Source: Octopus vulgaris (Eukaryota). Taken from it: a DNA stretch of 64,000 nt. The notes under the pieces are model-generated. The model had not been told where the DNA came from, ran no database searches, and was given only the letters and a program-made list of their open reading frames with translations. The position numbers and the translations under genes are program-made. Shown piece by piece: positions 39,685 through 54,450 of this stretch. Each line of letters starts with the position of its first letter. Position 1 is the stretch's first letter. The stretch covers positions 18,910,001-18,974,000 of the forward strand of contig OX597835.1 of NCBI GenBank assembly GCA_951406725.2, given 5' to 3'.

Positions 39685-39880
39685 AGAGTTTACGAAAAAA
39701 CAAAAGACGAAGACAGGTGGTGTACAAAACAAACAAAGTATTAGTATAACGCTCCCGGAATAGAAAAAGTCTTTTACATTTCGAGCCTACGCTCTTCTAC
39801 AGAAAGGGACACAGAAAAAACAAGAAGAGAAACAAGGAGAGAAAAAAATGTGTGTAGTGGCTAACGATCTATTATGGCGT
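39682..39880 (-). mobile_element. HHR-carrying short element (family H2); motif at 39771-39806
   Basis: CTTT-CTGTAGA-A-GAGC gtag GCTC-GAAA-TG-TA-AAAG; homologous to 54450-54633. Confidence 0.75.
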
Positions 39881-39910
39881 CTATATATATGTGTATGTAT
39901 GTGTATGTGC

Positions 39911-39973
<63 letters not shown>

Positions 39974-39989
39974 TGTTTGTGTGTATATA

Positions 39990-40135
39990 CGATTTACACA
40001 ATGCACAAGACGAACACTTGTAAAGGGACAACAATACCATTGTATTAGTTTAACGCTCGAGAACAATGGTAAAGTATTACACGTTTCGAAGCAACGCACT
40101 CTATCAGAAACTGTTAGAAGCGAGAAAAACTTGCC
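39990..40135 (-). mobile_element. More diverged H1/H2-related element with decayed HHR (40075-40112)
   Basis: Minus strand GTTTCTGATAGAGTGCGTTGCTTCGAAACGTGTAATAC followed by the family motif GAGCGTTAAACTAATAC. Confidence 0.55.
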
Positions 40136-40387
40136 TGTGTAGGCATCAGCGGTTCACTCTTATATCAATACATTTACATATATTATAATTGTAGAAAAAT
40201 TGAATGAAATATATTTTTTTAATATTTCCATAGCTTTTAAATGCAAGGGACATTTTCCTTTTTTTTTTTTTTAGTTTGTCTCTGCCCCTCTTTTTTACTC
40301 TTGTGAATCCTAGCAGCAGTTAGTAGTAGTTTGATAGTTCTTGTCTTTGTTTGAGCGACAGTAGTAGTAGATAAAGGAGTTGGCGAC

Positions 40388-40492
40388 GAAGAAGAAGAAG
40401 AAGAAGAAGAAGAAGAAGAAGAAGAAGAAGAAGAAGAAGAAGAAGAAGAAGAAGAAGAAGAAGAAGAAGAAGAAGAAGAAGAAGAAGAAGAA
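40388..40492. repeat. (GAA)n trinucleotide tract
   Basis: Uninterrupted GAA repeats over ~100 bp. Confidence 0.98.
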
Positions 40493-40673
40493 TGCGGGAG
40501 TGGTATGACAGTAGCTGGATGCTGGTGGAATCCTTTTAAATGGTCGTGACCAGTTGTCGATGGAATAGTCGTGAACGAAATCGTTCTGAATAAATTTACG
40601 TCAAGTAATTCTTTTGAATATATCGTTTTTAATATTTGCGTGTGTGTTATTCTAAGGCCCTGATGATAAAGTC

Positions 40674-40762
<89 letters not shown>

Positions 40763-40764
40763 TG

Positions 40765-40809
<45 letters not shown>

Positions 40810-40816
40810 GTATATG

Positions 40817-40847
<31 letters not shown>

Positions 40848-40928
40848 GTATATATATACATATATATATATATGTATATGTATGTATATATATATATATA
40901 TATATGGATATATATATATATATATATG

Positions 40929-40964
<36 letters not shown>

Positions 40965-40965
40965 G

Positions 40966-41000
<35 letters not shown>

Positions 41001-41008
41001 GTATATGG

Positions 41009-41044
<36 letters not shown>

Positions 41045-41045
41045 A

Positions 41046-41091
<46 letters not shown>

Positions 41092-41374
41092 TAAGTATAT
41101 ATACACATGCAAGTGTATAATTCTATGTATACACACACAAACAAACATACACACACCCACCCACAAACACACCCACACACAAACGTATTGTATTACTAAC
41201 AATTTCGGCCTACCTTCACAAATTAAATTTAACACCTGCTATTCGAAGTATTATTCCAGGTGAAGGTATACGCCCAGTAAAAATAAGTTGTTCACACTTC
41301 ACACCTCTCCTTTAACAACGGAATAAACAAGGGGAATTAGAGGCACCTGGATGCGCCATTTCCGCCTCTCTCTC

Positions 41375-41414
<40 letters not shown>

Positions 41415-41719
41415 CCTCTCTCTCTCCTTATATGGAAATTGCTGGAGTTAGAAAAGAATATTTTTAATATCGATTGCCGTGTGAAAGTAACATTAGATTT
41501 GTTATCGTCTTAATTACTGCTATCACTAACGACATCATCACTGACATGATCGTCAGCGTGAGATTAACGATCATATTAACCCTGACGTCGGCAATATCAT
41601 CATCATCATCATCATTATCGTTATCATAGCAATAATCATCATCATCATCACCACCACCACCACCAAAATCACCACCACCACCAAAACCACCATCATCATC
41701 ATCATCATCATCAACATCA

Positions 41720-42430
41720 TTATTCCCGCTTCCCCTTCCTGCCAGTCTTCCTCTCTCTCTCTCACCTTCCATCATCTTCCTCTCCTCTTCCTCTTTCTCC
41801 TCTGTCTCTCTTTCCTCCTCCGCCCATCCCTCTTCTCTTTCTTTCTCTTCCTCGTCTTCCAATCCCTCATCCTCCTCCTTCTCCCCATCTCCTCCAACCC
41901 CTTTTCTTACCCTTCCTCTTCCATCTTTTCCATTTCTTCTTCCTCAACCTCCAATTCCACCTCAGCATCTTCAGCCTCATCTCCCTTGTCCTCTTACTCT
42001 CCTTGTACTTCTTCGTCTCCACTTCCTCCTTCTCCCCATCTCCTCCAACCCCTTTTCTTACCCTTCATCTTCCTTCTCTTCCTTATCCTCTTCCTCTACC
42101 TCCACTTCCTTCTCAGCCTCATCAGCCTCATCTCCCTTGCCATCTTACTCTCCTTGTACTTCTTCGTCTCCTCTTCCTCCTGTCCCTCACCTTCTCTGTC
42201 CTCTTCATCTCTTTCTACTTCCTTCTCCCTTTCCTCGCCCCCTCTTCCTTCTTCCCTTCCTCTTCCGTTTTCTCCTCCTGTTCGTTCTTCTTTTGCCCCT
42301 CCACTTTCTTTTTCCTCCTCTTCCTTTTCTCCTTCCTACTCCTCTTTCAGTTCTCCCTCCTCGTACACCTTACCCTCTTCTTCGCCATCTTCTTGTCCCT
42401 CCTTCTCTCCCACCCCCTTCCTCCACCTCA
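41720..42430 (+). repeat. Polypyrimidine low-complexity tract with ~150-bp internal duplication (41872-42020 / 42021-42170)
   Basis: Almost exclusively C/T. CTCCTTCTCCCCATCTCCTCCAACCCCTTTTCTTACCCTTC...CTTACTCTCCTTGTACTTCTTCGTCTCC occurs twice. Confidence 0.9.
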
Positions 42431-42960
42431 TCATCATCATCATCATCATCATCATCACCATCGTCGCCATCACTGCTGTCATCGCGCACATTGTCATCAG
42501 CATCTAGCCCATTACCAGTTTCCTGTCAGAATCATTTTCGTTGTCATCATCCTCATCAGCATCATCCCTTTCCCTTCTTACTCATAGTTGTCGTACACCT
42601 CATCGTAAAAATAACCATTATCTTCATTCTCGTAAACATCATCCTTCTCCTCACCACCATCATCACAATCCTCCCCTCCTCCTCCTGCTCTACCTCCTGC
42701 CCTTCCTCCTGCCTCTCCTCATCATCATCATCAATATCAGAATTTTGTGCAGCAGTAGCTATAGCGAGATCACCACCTGTAGCACCTTCAGCATGTATTA
42801 CAGGTTTCAAAGGTAGACTCACTTATTACTCCTTAATTTCACGGATGTTTTTTTTCTGAAAAGAAAATGTCGCTTCGATGAATAATATACTGAGGAAATT
42901 GAATTATGGACTGAATTCAGCGCTTCAAACCTTAAGTGTTGTTTGGTTTCTTGTTTGCAG

Positions 42961-43000
42961 TGGTGAATGGGAAAAGTTTTATCTCCAAAGCACTAAAATG
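42961..43000 (+). other. Candidate 40-bp exon (unverified)
   Basis: Acceptor TTTCTTGTTTGCAG, donor ATG|GTGAGA. No homology recognised. Confidence 0.25.
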
Positions 43001-43539
43001 GTGAGAAACCGTACAGAATTTAACTCTGTAGATAAAACTAATTATCTAAATCGTAGTTACAAATATAAATAGGATAGGGGCTTATTTCTATGCGTCGATG
43101 ATCATGTTATCAGTTTTTATATTGGTTCAATCATCACATAATGCTTAGTGACAAACGCGACAGAAAGAAAGACGTAAAAGAAAAACTGCAAGCGGAAATG
43201 TTTGCCTGAGAAGGAATTGAAATAAAAAAGTAAAAAAAGTGGATATCCTTGTTCAATACATGACAACTGGATGACATATGCAAATAGGAAATGTCAACTG
43301 GAATAAATCGTATCCTCAAAATAACATATTGAACAAACACAAAACACACATGCACAGAAACGTACAGGCGCACAGAAACACACATGTATATTAAATGCAT
43401 ACACACACACACAAACAAACACATACGCACACGCATGACATATTTTTATTATAAATATTTATATGCAAGCATATACATATACACACATACATAGATATAT
43501 AGATACATAGATACAGAAAAGCATACATACACATACATA

Positions 43540-43896
43540 TATGCATACATACATACATTCATACTTACATGCATACATACATACATACATACATACATGC
43601 ATACATACATACATACATACATACAAACATACATACATATTTACATACATACAAACATGCATACATACATACATACAAACATACATACATACATACATGC
43701 ATGCATACATATATACATACATACATGCATGCATACATACATACATACATACATACATACATACATACATACATGCATGCATGCATACATACATACATAC
43801 ATACATACAAACATACATACATACATACATACATACATACATACATACATAAATACATACATACATACATACATACATACATACATACATACATAC
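43540..43896. repeat. (CATA)n tetranucleotide tract
   Basis: Long CATA array with CATG/CAAA variants. Confidence 0.97.
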
Positions 43897-43987
43897 AGTG
43901 AATACAACAATAGTTTTACTGCATTGATCACAAATACTCCCTGGAATTTCAATCTGTATGAAATAGTTCTCTTGAAGTAAAATCCTA

Positions 43988-44380
43988 GAAAATCCTGGAC
44001 GGCCTTGTTCGGAATTTTGGTATTGAAAGTTACCCCAACAGCAAAACGGGGTGCTACTGCATACTGCCAAAGATCCCAACATCACCATCAAAATACGGGA
44101 CCAGATACTGCGACAGTTTATTAGGTTTCAGGGGACAACAGCTCTTCAACATCCTTGCTAAATGCCTGAGTGACCTGCATGGTGTGGATGTAGGTTTGAT
44201 CTCTTCTTGACAAGGGTTCCATATGAATCTACCTCTCGGCAGAAACAAAGATGCGAGCAGCGGTGTCGAACTCCGTTGTTGACCAAGTGCCATGTATCAG
44301 AGATCGTTTCACATACTAGTGTAGCACCTTCAACGGTGGTGCCCCAGCATAGCTGCAGGTTTCGGGCTGATACTCTTTTA
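43988..44380 (+). mobile_element. 3' fragment of a second CR1-clade LINE
   Basis: Translates (with indels) KILDGLV.NFGI...TG.YCILPK...FRGQQLFNIL.KCL.DL...DLFLTRVP, paralleling the C-terminus of the 13.1-kb LINE. Its 3' UTR reads GGTGGTGCCCCAGCAT..CTGCAG. Confidence 0.75.
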
Positions 44381-44832
44381 AGGATTAATTTCTCTGTACT
44401 CTGATTTACGATGTTGGTAATAGTGTTGCCTGAGATCACCTCTCATGATAATCAATCCACTGAAATCTGATGTTATATACATCTATATCTATCTATATAC
44501 ATACATACATACAGTGATAAATTATCCGCGCGTATACCGTTGTGACACTCAATTATGCTCCAGGTTACGGCTAACCACATCGGTTAGTAGTTAACGTCTA
44601 TGACTACTATCAGTTGTTACTCACGCTCAAATTCCTCCGATCGGTTATTCCGTATTCGCTTCTCCAGATAATCTGGGCATATAAAATAACGATAGAGGAC
44701 ACGAAGTTTGTTCATCGTCAAGATTTATTTCTCTTACTTTATAATTTCATACAATATATCATGTTGTGTGTGTGATTGTGTGCATGTTTGTATGTGTGTG
44801 TATGTGCGTGCGCGTGCACATTTTCAAACACA

Positions 44833-44985
<153 letters not shown>

Positions 44986-45806
44986 TTTCTTTTTCAATAT
45001 GTCTACGTACTTTTATGATAAATATGTTTTCAGGAACACGGAACTCCGACACACTATGCAACACTTGTAAGTTCTAAATAATAAGCGGATATATAAGCGA
45101 CTAGTAAAGGTTTCTTCCCTAAAGAATAATTTGTTGAATTTAATTATAATCTTTGTAAACAATATTAAACCCCGCTACCTCCACCTACACACTCTGTCAA
45201 CGACACAGAAGTATCTTTCACCTGCTTGATTTCTTTAATAGGTTCCTGTGCAAATATGTTACATACGAATTCTTAAATACATACAGCTATGAATTTGCAT
45301 ATATATATGCGTGTCTCTGGTTGTCAGTTTATATGCGCATGTGTTTAGCACACGATGTATGGATCGTATTATTGCTGCAGGTGATTGGCTGGCTAATTAT
45401 AATTACTATGCCTAAGTCAAAACAACAATTTTGTATTTTTACTTTTATTTTAGGGAAACATGTGATTTAGTTTCTTTCTCTGTAAACACACACACACACA
45501 CATTCTTTCTCTCCCCTATCTGTCACCCTTCTCTCTTTCTCTCACACGGGTTGAAGTATCGGTTCACATGCGCACGCATATCTACTATTAAGACATAATA
45601 TAATCCAACACAAGCTTTTTACATGACAGAGATTTAAATGCATACATACATGCGTGTGTGTCTGTTACTATTTACACCTATGTTTATATATGTTAGTGTG
45701 TTTTTGTACTACTATATACATATATATGTATATATACGTATTTAAATACACGTACATATATGTATATACATTTATCCATATATGTATACACACATTTAGT
45801 TACAGT

Positions 45807-45856
<50 letters not shown>

Positions 45857-46299
45857 AAAAAGCGTGTGTGTGTCTGTGTTTGTATGTACATAGGTGTATA
45901 CGTATGTGTATAGTATTCTGGTGGTGTTGTTTGGGATTTTCCGTGATAAATTTTTAAATATTATTTGAAACAGATATGAAGTAGGGTCATTTGTACTTTT
46001 CGAAATAATAGAAATAAATCTATTTAGAAAAAACATTTATGGCGGTAAGTAGTGTACTGCCTCAGCCCATATTACCATATTTTATCTTGCGTCTTGAATT
46101 TCGTGTCTGTGACACAAACTAATATTTACTATTGTTAGTTAAACGTCGACACGGGGAATTTCATATATACATATTTTACTGCGACTGTTAGCAGTACTGG
46201 AATCAATGTATTTCAGTTTTCTCTCATTTAACTATCATGCAATTTTTTTTTGCGTCACGTAGCTGACAAATTGTGAGTCAGTTGAAATTACTTAACGAG

Positions 46300-46672
46300 T
46301 CCCCAAAGTCCATCCCCCCCTCCCCATAATAGGGACGCTGGCAACGGGTAGTGTCAGAGCTATGCCATTGGGAACTTCGGTTCCTGGTAGGGCCACGCAA
46401 GGCAGCTTGGTCTCACACCGTGTGGTATTAGGGCCACAACCCGGCAGAAAATTTCTGCTGAAAATCTTCGGAGTGTCTGCTTCAGCAATCGGAAGCTCCT
46501 CGGTATTTCTGTCACTGCGTCTGCGGACAATCTACGGCAAACAGGATGTCTCCACATGTGGGATTTTTGGGGACCGCTTGTGAAATCCACATTTTCCCAC
46601 GAAACTTCTTCCATGAGTAGAAGAAGCCGACTCAACCCGACCAGGGTGAATGTCGCCACAAGTACAAGTAAG
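46300..46672 (+). mobile_element. Short non-autonomous RTE-type element with 11-bp TSD
   Basis: TSD TACTTAACGAG at 46289-46299 and 46673-46683; tail CAAGTACAAGTAAGTA; homologous to 50703-51259; no Pol III boxes or ORF seen. Confidence 0.75.
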
Positions 46673-47870
46673 TACTTAACGAGAAGGGAAAGGTTCGGGC
46701 AGGCTCTGCACCACGTTACTCCATGTCAATTTTTTCTCCAAACCCAGATTGAAAATAACAGACGTCAAGAAGCGGAGATTAGATGCCAAAGGCACAAAGC
46801 GCGACTCGTACTTCCTCGTCTAACTCAATACTCACCTGCGATAAATGAGCCCGGCTCTTCTACATCGTCCTTTGTCTGAACAACAACCTCAAGCGTTGGC
46901 ACTCTTAACACCCATCATAATGAAGAGGGTCAATAAATCACTACTTAACCATCACTCAGGTATGCATTAATGTCGACGATGATTTACCAATTAATAAAGT
47001 AGTCTTTTTTCATATTTTCTTTTTTCTTTAATTCCGAATGAATTTTCCCGATGTTTTCATGTCGTATCATGAGATTTTACGATGACAAATCGACACTTTC
47101 ATATAGTAGAAGAAATTTAATTCACTTTCCTTTGGTCATCCGTATAGCTCGACGGCATCCATTACCATTACACCTGAATATATTGATCGCGACTGGAGTA
47201 TCTTCCGTCTAATACCTTCTGGTTTACATGGAAAGAATGGTACCCGTCGCATTTTGCATACAACTGAGAGCGATGTATATAATAGACGTTATGTCTCACT
47301 TCAATGGCAGATATGGTATTCCACACGGTTAATGTTTGAGAGACACTGGAGGCAGTAATTACAGCTTGTGCAACTTTCTCACATGGACAATAATAGAGGT
47401 GATGAGAGAAGCTGGTCGGTGATGCTTGTGACGAGATTGTATGAAGTCACCCAGCTTCGTGTTGCAGAAGGCATCTTAGTATTGGTAGAAAGGACAAGGG
47501 AGAAGAGAGATTTTCAAGAAGATGTGACCATCAGAGCAGTCTAAGCGAAAGAAGACAGGAGATTTAGCTTCATGTAATAGACGCCATTATAGGAGCGATA
47601 AAAATTGAAAAAAAAAAGTCTATTCAGTCAAGAAGCGAAGGAATGTAACATATCTGCCACTCATCAGAGGAGCCTCTCCTCAGCTCCGCTAGGGGCTTCG
47701 AAGCTTCATGCAGCACGAGATCCGGGACACATTATTCAGAATAATAGAAGTAACTCCCAATAATTGTGTAGAGTGCCCTCTTTTCGTTTGTCGACGAATT
47801 CATATCTACCTATCAATCTATCTAGCTATATATATGTAAGTTTGTGTGTATGTATATATATATATGTATG

Positions 47871-47935
<65 letters not shown>

Positions 47936-48659
47936 TGGACCAATACGTGAGTGCTTTTCTATTGTGTGTGTGTGTAAGAAGACCACGCCAAGATTTTGGA
48001 AAACAGTACAATAATTTTTTTTTTCTCTTTGCTTTAAACATTATCCTATCATCCACATAATTTGCGTAAAAGGCAATATTATGAAGGTCAAGGACAACAT
48101 GAGATGCACACGCATGAAATATTGTCCCTAATGTTCGGTATGTCGAACGGAATGAATAAATTTCTAAATATGATTCCTTGTGTTTTCGAAACTGAAGTTC
48201 ATTCCTAAATTTTCTCTGCTAATAAATTGATTTTATAGAGAGGTAAGCGGCTTACAACTGTCGCTTGCATATGGTGTTGTATTCAGATATCTACATAAAA
48301 AAAGAGACTTGTAGCAAAAGCAGTTAATTCACGAATGACTTATTCATCAATTTATATAGAGGGAATGAATTCTAATATGCAAATCGAACAATCCAGTTTA
48401 ATGTCCAATCTATATTAACATCTGCTCATTGTATTTTATTAAAAAAAAAAAAAGATTCTTGATGTAACATCTTTGCTTTAGCACTTAGATTTGGTTGCTG
48501 CTAGTATTGTGTATCAGCTGGAAGTATTTTTGAGGTACTGGTTCCGCGAACAACTCGCTGTAGAGAAATATAAATTTTTATACGCGACGAGATGAATGTC
48601 AATTCATCATTTTCCAAAAAGATTGAACGTTGTATATGTATATATAATGTAAATAATAC

Positions 48660-48759
<100 letters not shown>

Positions 48760-48885
48760 GTGTGTGTCTGTACATTATATTATATCGTATTATTAATAAT
48801 TGAAAAGCCGTATTGCATACATTTGATAGTTTGCCGGTGAAATATGTTCCATCCTCCATCTCTCTCTTTATTCGTATATATATTC

Positions 48886-48982
<97 letters not shown>

Positions 48983-49344
48983 TTCCTGTGTGTGTGAGTC
49001 TGCGTTTGTGTGTTACTTACTGGCGCAGCCTCAGGGATGAAACATATAAAAGAATAAAAGAATAAAAACTATTTAGATGCATATATATATATCATATAAT
49101 ATAATATGTTATAATATGTAAGATGTATAGTGCATAAGATATATGTACATATAATATATATATGTATATAATACATATATATATATATATTTATATGTGT
49201 ATGCATGTTTATATTTTAAATTTAGTTATGTAACGTTTTGAAATTGCTAATAACTACCTCACTTGACCTTTAAAGTAGTAAAAAAGAGAAAAACATCGCT
49301 TTGTGGTTCATCCGAAACTATAAGATCGGTAGATATATTTCTTT

Positions 49345-49570
49345 ACTATCCACAAGAAGCTAAACATAGAGGAGACAAACAAGGACAGACAAAGGGATTA
49401 AGTCGATTACATCGACCCCAGTGCGTAAATGCTACTTAATTTATCGAGCCCAAAAGGAGGAAAGGCAAAGTCGACCTGGCCAGAATTTGAACTCAGAACG
49501 TAACGGCAGACGAAATACGGCTACGCATTTTTCCCGGCGTGCTAACGTTTCTGTCAGCTCGCCACCTTTA
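49345..49570 (-). mobile_element. Family-C SINE
   Basis: Minus strand GGTGGCGAGCTGACAGAAACGTTAGCACGCCGGG...TCTGAGTTCAAATTC...AGGTCGACTTTGCCTTTC. Confidence 0.8.
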
Positions 49571-49999
49571 CTAGTATAATAAATATTTACTATATATACT
49601 CAATGAATATGTTTTGTGAAATTTTTGTTGGTTGAAATACACTCTCACATCACTGGGTTAAAAAAGAAGCCATGAGCGTAGGACATTATTTGTATCTTTA
49701 TTTATGAATATGTTTGTGTGTGAGTGTGTGTGTGTGTATGTGTGTGTGTGTTTGTGGTGTATGTGTAAGTATATTTATAAGTGTATGAATATATGTTTGC
49801 CAGTACTAATTATGTATGCGCATATGTCCGTGATTGATTATAAATTTATGTCTGTGTGTGCTTCCGTATATGTATTTATGTACAAGTATGTATATAGTCA
49901 TATATAGAAATATATATATTTATTTGTATTTATCCATACAATGTTATTATATGCACATTCAAATAAATATATGTATATGTATGCCTGCTCATATGTGCG

Positions 50000-50185
<186 letters not shown>

Positions 50186-50702
50186 GTGTATATGTGCTTG
50201 TGTGCGCGTGCAGACATGTGTCTTTGCAACTTTACGCATTCAAATATGCGGCATTTATTTCCCTGCGTTCAATCGCTATATGATCTCGAATTAATTAATT
50301 AATTAATTACATTTTTTTTTTCATTCAAATCTTCTCAAAGTATTAATTACAAATTTGAAACTTATTCCGTATACGTCACAGTATGTATGTAAGCGAATGT
50401 TTTTTTTTTTGCGTAAGATTATTTTAAAGTACTTTTAATTTAATTTACTCAGACGAATATTAAGTGAACGGTATATTCATATTGTTTTCGTTGCTGTTTC
50501 ACCTCAGGTCAACCTCATTGAACGAAGCTATTATTAAAATCATAGAGATCATAAACATCCTAATTATTCTTATAAGTAAAGAACTCAGTGCTATATTAGT
50601 GAACCGAATGTACAACTGCAAGGGATAAGCCACCTTTACGACTGCATTATTTTAAAATTTAAGCCTAAGTTTTGATTTTCATTTGATACTACTACGCGTG
50701 TG

Positions 50703-51259
50703 TCCACAGAGTCCATCCCCTCCTCACCGTGGTGGGGACGCTGGCATTCAGGTAGTGTCAGAGCTATGCCGTCGGGAACTTCGGTTCCTGGTAGGGCCAC
50801 CCAATGCGGATTGGTCTGACAACGAGTGGTATTAGGGCCACAATCCGGCAGCCGGGGCTCTGGTGAAAATCTTCGGAGTGTCTGTTTCGGCACCGTTGTG
50901 GGGACGCTGGCAACAGGTAGTGTCACAGCTATGCCGTCAGGAACTTCGGTTCCTGGTAGGGCCACCCAAGGCGGATTGGTCTGACACCGAGTGGTATTAG
51001 GGCCACAACCCGGCAGCCGGGGCTCTGGTGAAAATCCTTGGAATGTCTGTTTCGGCAACCGGCGGCTCCTCGGTCGTTCTGTACCTGCGTCTGCGGACAA
51101 TTTGCGGCAACAGGATGTCTCTACATGCGGGATTGTTAGGGACCGCTTGTGAAATCCACATATTCCCACGAAACCTCTTCCTCGGGATGCCTCGAGGGTG
51201 GTAGAATAAGCCGACTCAACCCGCCCAGGGTGAATGTCGCCTCAAGTACAAGTAAGTAA
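50703..51259 (+). mobile_element. Second RTE-type element with internal 166-bp tandem duplication (50725-50890 / 50891-51057)
   Basis: Same 5' start (TCC.CA.AGTCCATCCCC) and CAAGTA tail as the 46300 copy. Confidence 0.8.
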
Positions 51260-51615
51260 CTATGTAACGTTGGTGAATGAAGGCGTTTAGTATAGAGGAT
51301 GTATAGAGGAGAACTTGTGGGTGTATGGTGTATCTGTTATGGTGATCGTGAGTGCACCATTAAGGACCGAAACCACGCAATCTCATATATGAATATTGCT
51401 TGGATATTTTGGAACAAGGACAACAAGTTTGGGGTGGGAGTATGACCATTAGATCGACGCCAGTGCTGAAATGGTACACCTATGGAATGAGAGACAAACT
51501 GAGTTCAGCGGCATTTCAGAAAGGACGAAATGCTGCTAATTGTTTTTATGATGTGCTGACGATTGCCAGGTGGCTGCATGGAATACTCACATATAAAAAT
51601 TAACATTCACTATGG

Positions 51616-51860
51616 AGTAATCACTCAACTAGCGCGGTTATCACGTTCCAACACTCCTGCGATAGGTGAAAATGAGCGATCAGAAACAGTACTGTACTAT
51701 ATTTCTTAAAAAATATTTTTATAATTTGTATATATTTACTTTATTATAAATGCAAAAGAATACAATGAAGGAATCGACGTGAGCTTAACTAAAACCCCAG
51801 TAGGTGAACTGCGATAGTTGAACCACGGTAGATGAACTGCGATATGACGGGGATTTACTA
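51616..51860. mobile_element. Decayed MITE with imperfect TIRs (Tc1/mariner-pogo-like)
   Basis: Left AGTAATCACTCAACTAGCGCGGTT versus reverse complement of the right end AGTAAATCCCCGTCATATCGCAGTT; subterminal TGAACTGCGATA repeats. Confidence 0.45.
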
Positions 51861-52130
51861 TATGACTATATTAGGTTCAAAAACCATTACCGGCGTGTGA
51901 ATATACACACAATACACACACACACACACTCACACGTATACGTATACGATAAATGATGAATAATATATATACATATATACAGATATGCATATATATATAT
52001 ATATACACATATATATATATATACATATATATATACATATATATATACATATTTATATATATATACACACCTATATACACTATATATATATACATACATA
52101 TATACATACATATATACCTGCATACACACA

Positions 52131-52210
<80 letters not shown>

Positions 52211-53339
52211 TATAAGGAAAAAGAAGAAAATGGGATTAACATTAATAATTGATAAACATCAATTATTGATTACAAAAAACAATATCTCATCTATCAGCTG
52301 TGTCTGTCCGCGCTATTTTCTGTATAATCAGGCTTAATTATTACAATAATAATAATTATCACTGTTAATAATTATACCACCAGAGCGGAAGAATAAAGGC
52401 AGAGTAAAGAAAAAGAAAGACAAAAATAAATATATACCAATTAATAAATATATACCAAAATAAATATATACCGATTGATGTTAAATGCTATCCCTCTGAA
52501 AACCTTTCGACCGACTGAAAAATTTATACGATTAGAATAGTTATAATAATTAGTGGTACATGCCTACAGAGGAAAAATGCCACTGCCGGCGTAAGTTGAA
52601 TATATAATAGTGTTGGAGTATTTTCGTTATGTCATAAAGTAAAAATTAAAAAGTAAAATTACCAGGAGTTATAGAAGTTAATGTGACAACAGTTAACCAT
52701 AAGTTATTTATCGATAATTTCCTGATCAATTAGCATAATTAGATTAAACGAGGAGCATTTCAAAACCGTAAAAATGAATTGATTAAACTGGGAGGCAAAC
52801 TATTTGTATTTTGCACACGTGATAATTGGAGCAGTCAAGACTTATCATACAATTCTAAAAACAATAAACATGAAAATTGGTGTAATTTACTGGCTGACAT
52901 AAGTATATAACATAAATTGAGTTTATTACTGAAAATATCAATATTTTTATACATGCTTACTTCGTAGTCTGAGTGAAAATATTCTGTACTACTCCAATTC
53001 TGAAGTAGAAAGGTTCTGGCCACTTAAGAGGGGACTATTTGTCAGGTAATTTAAAAAATAAAAGGTTGGTCATTTTAAGTAAAAACCCTTAATCGATGGA
53101 GTGCAAATAGGTAAATAAGGAATATTTGTTGTAAGGGGTAATAAAGTGCATTATATGACGCAGATTGAACTCTCTATAAAGTAGAAATCAGAGGGATAGT
53201 TAATGGTTAAGGGGGGGGGGCAATTATGGATTAAAAGTTATGGCAGAAAATACTATTCATATGAGAAGAATTTGCATTGAAATGTCCTATTGATTGTTGA
53301 AAAATCGGTGCTGATAACAATTTCTTGATCTTTTTGAAA

Positions 53340-53520
53340 TTCCAAGTCCGTAAGTGACTGCATGAGCCTCTCCCCCCCGCCATCACCACCACCACCACCA
53401 CCACCATCGAGTTTCATCAAGATCGGTTGGATAGTCTCGGAGGAGTTAAAGTAACAAATTCACAAACACACACACACGCTGATTCACAAACAGAGAGAAA
53501 TTGCCGTTTATGTATATAGA
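53340..53520 (-). mobile_element. Helitron-like 5' terminus fragment
   Basis: TTTCATCAAGATCGGTT...GGAGGAGTT...ACAAACA...TTTATGTATATAGAT mirrors the architecture at 38040-38127. The CTAG end was not found. Confidence 0.45.
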
Positions 53521-53699
53521 TGTATATTTTAATGATGTTTAGCAGAAGCAACAAAGTGTATCAAGGGATGAGAGTTACGTGCATTAGCACTTCTCAGACT
53601 AGTTTGCTAAGTGCTAACATAAAACTTCCGGCCATGTAGTCACTCTGTCACGTCTACTAAATAAATATATATATACATATATGTGTATGTATATATATA

Positions 53700-54450
53700 T
53701 ATATGTATATATAAATGAATAAATAAAAAAAATATGCATATATACATACATATATGTACGTCCCTACCTCTACATGTATATATACATGCATATATGAGTA
53801 CAGGACACCCAAAAAACGTCGAACACAATGAGAAACGAAAACATAAACACAAAACCAAGGAAATGGGCATTTTTCTTAAACAACGAAAAAAATAGAGTAC
53901 AGGACATACAAAACAAGGAAAACTCCCCTTCTTCAGTCACCTTTTGTTTCATCTACTCCACGTTTCGAAGGTCAAGGCGATACATGACTTTAATGAAACA
54001 ATCCTTCCCGCGAAAATCAAATTAAATAAAGTTTGAGATTTTTTTGCGGAGGGGTAAAAATGGTAAGAAAAACAGGACAGTAACGGCAGTACAAAATATA
54101 AACAGTAAAAGACAGGACAAGGAGAATAACAGTAACACCAACAAGAAGGGCTGTTAAGCCGAACGAGATAAACATTTTTACGAACGCTGTTTTTTGAGAA
54201 CGGCAAGGAGCAAAAGAAAGTGCCGTCTCTACTTGAAGGTAGCCAGGACAGTAGCAGAGTTCTCGTCGCGGGTCAACGACGGGAGGGAGGAGGAGGAGTA
54301 AGAGAAAGGGAGATAAAAAAGGGAATGGTTGTAGAGAAAAGAATGAAGAATGAGAGAGAGAGGGAGAGACAGTAAGGTAGAAGAAAAGGAAAGCCAAAAG
54401 AATGAAGGCTGAGAAAGGGAGGAGGAGAGAAAGATTAAGAGTGCGCATCT
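53700..54450 (-). repeat. Longer copy of the 22703 dispersed repeat, head-to-head with the H2 element
   Basis: 53700-53990 is homologous to 22703-22960 and continues into a purine-rich segment to ~54450. Confidence 0.65.

Noticed and set aside
41464-42859. Long S/P/L/H-rich and E/D-rich ORFs
   Set aside because: They arise from the polypyrimidine and (CAT)n low-complexity tracts and are open in several frames at once.
47100-47262. Possible Tc1 transposase relic (DGY..., SGVMVM.A) on the minus strand
   Set aside because: Too short and degenerate to distinguish from chance.
47640-47672. Minus-strand CTGATGA followed by a GTGGCA/TGTTAC hairpin
   Set aside because: No GAAA or helix III follows.
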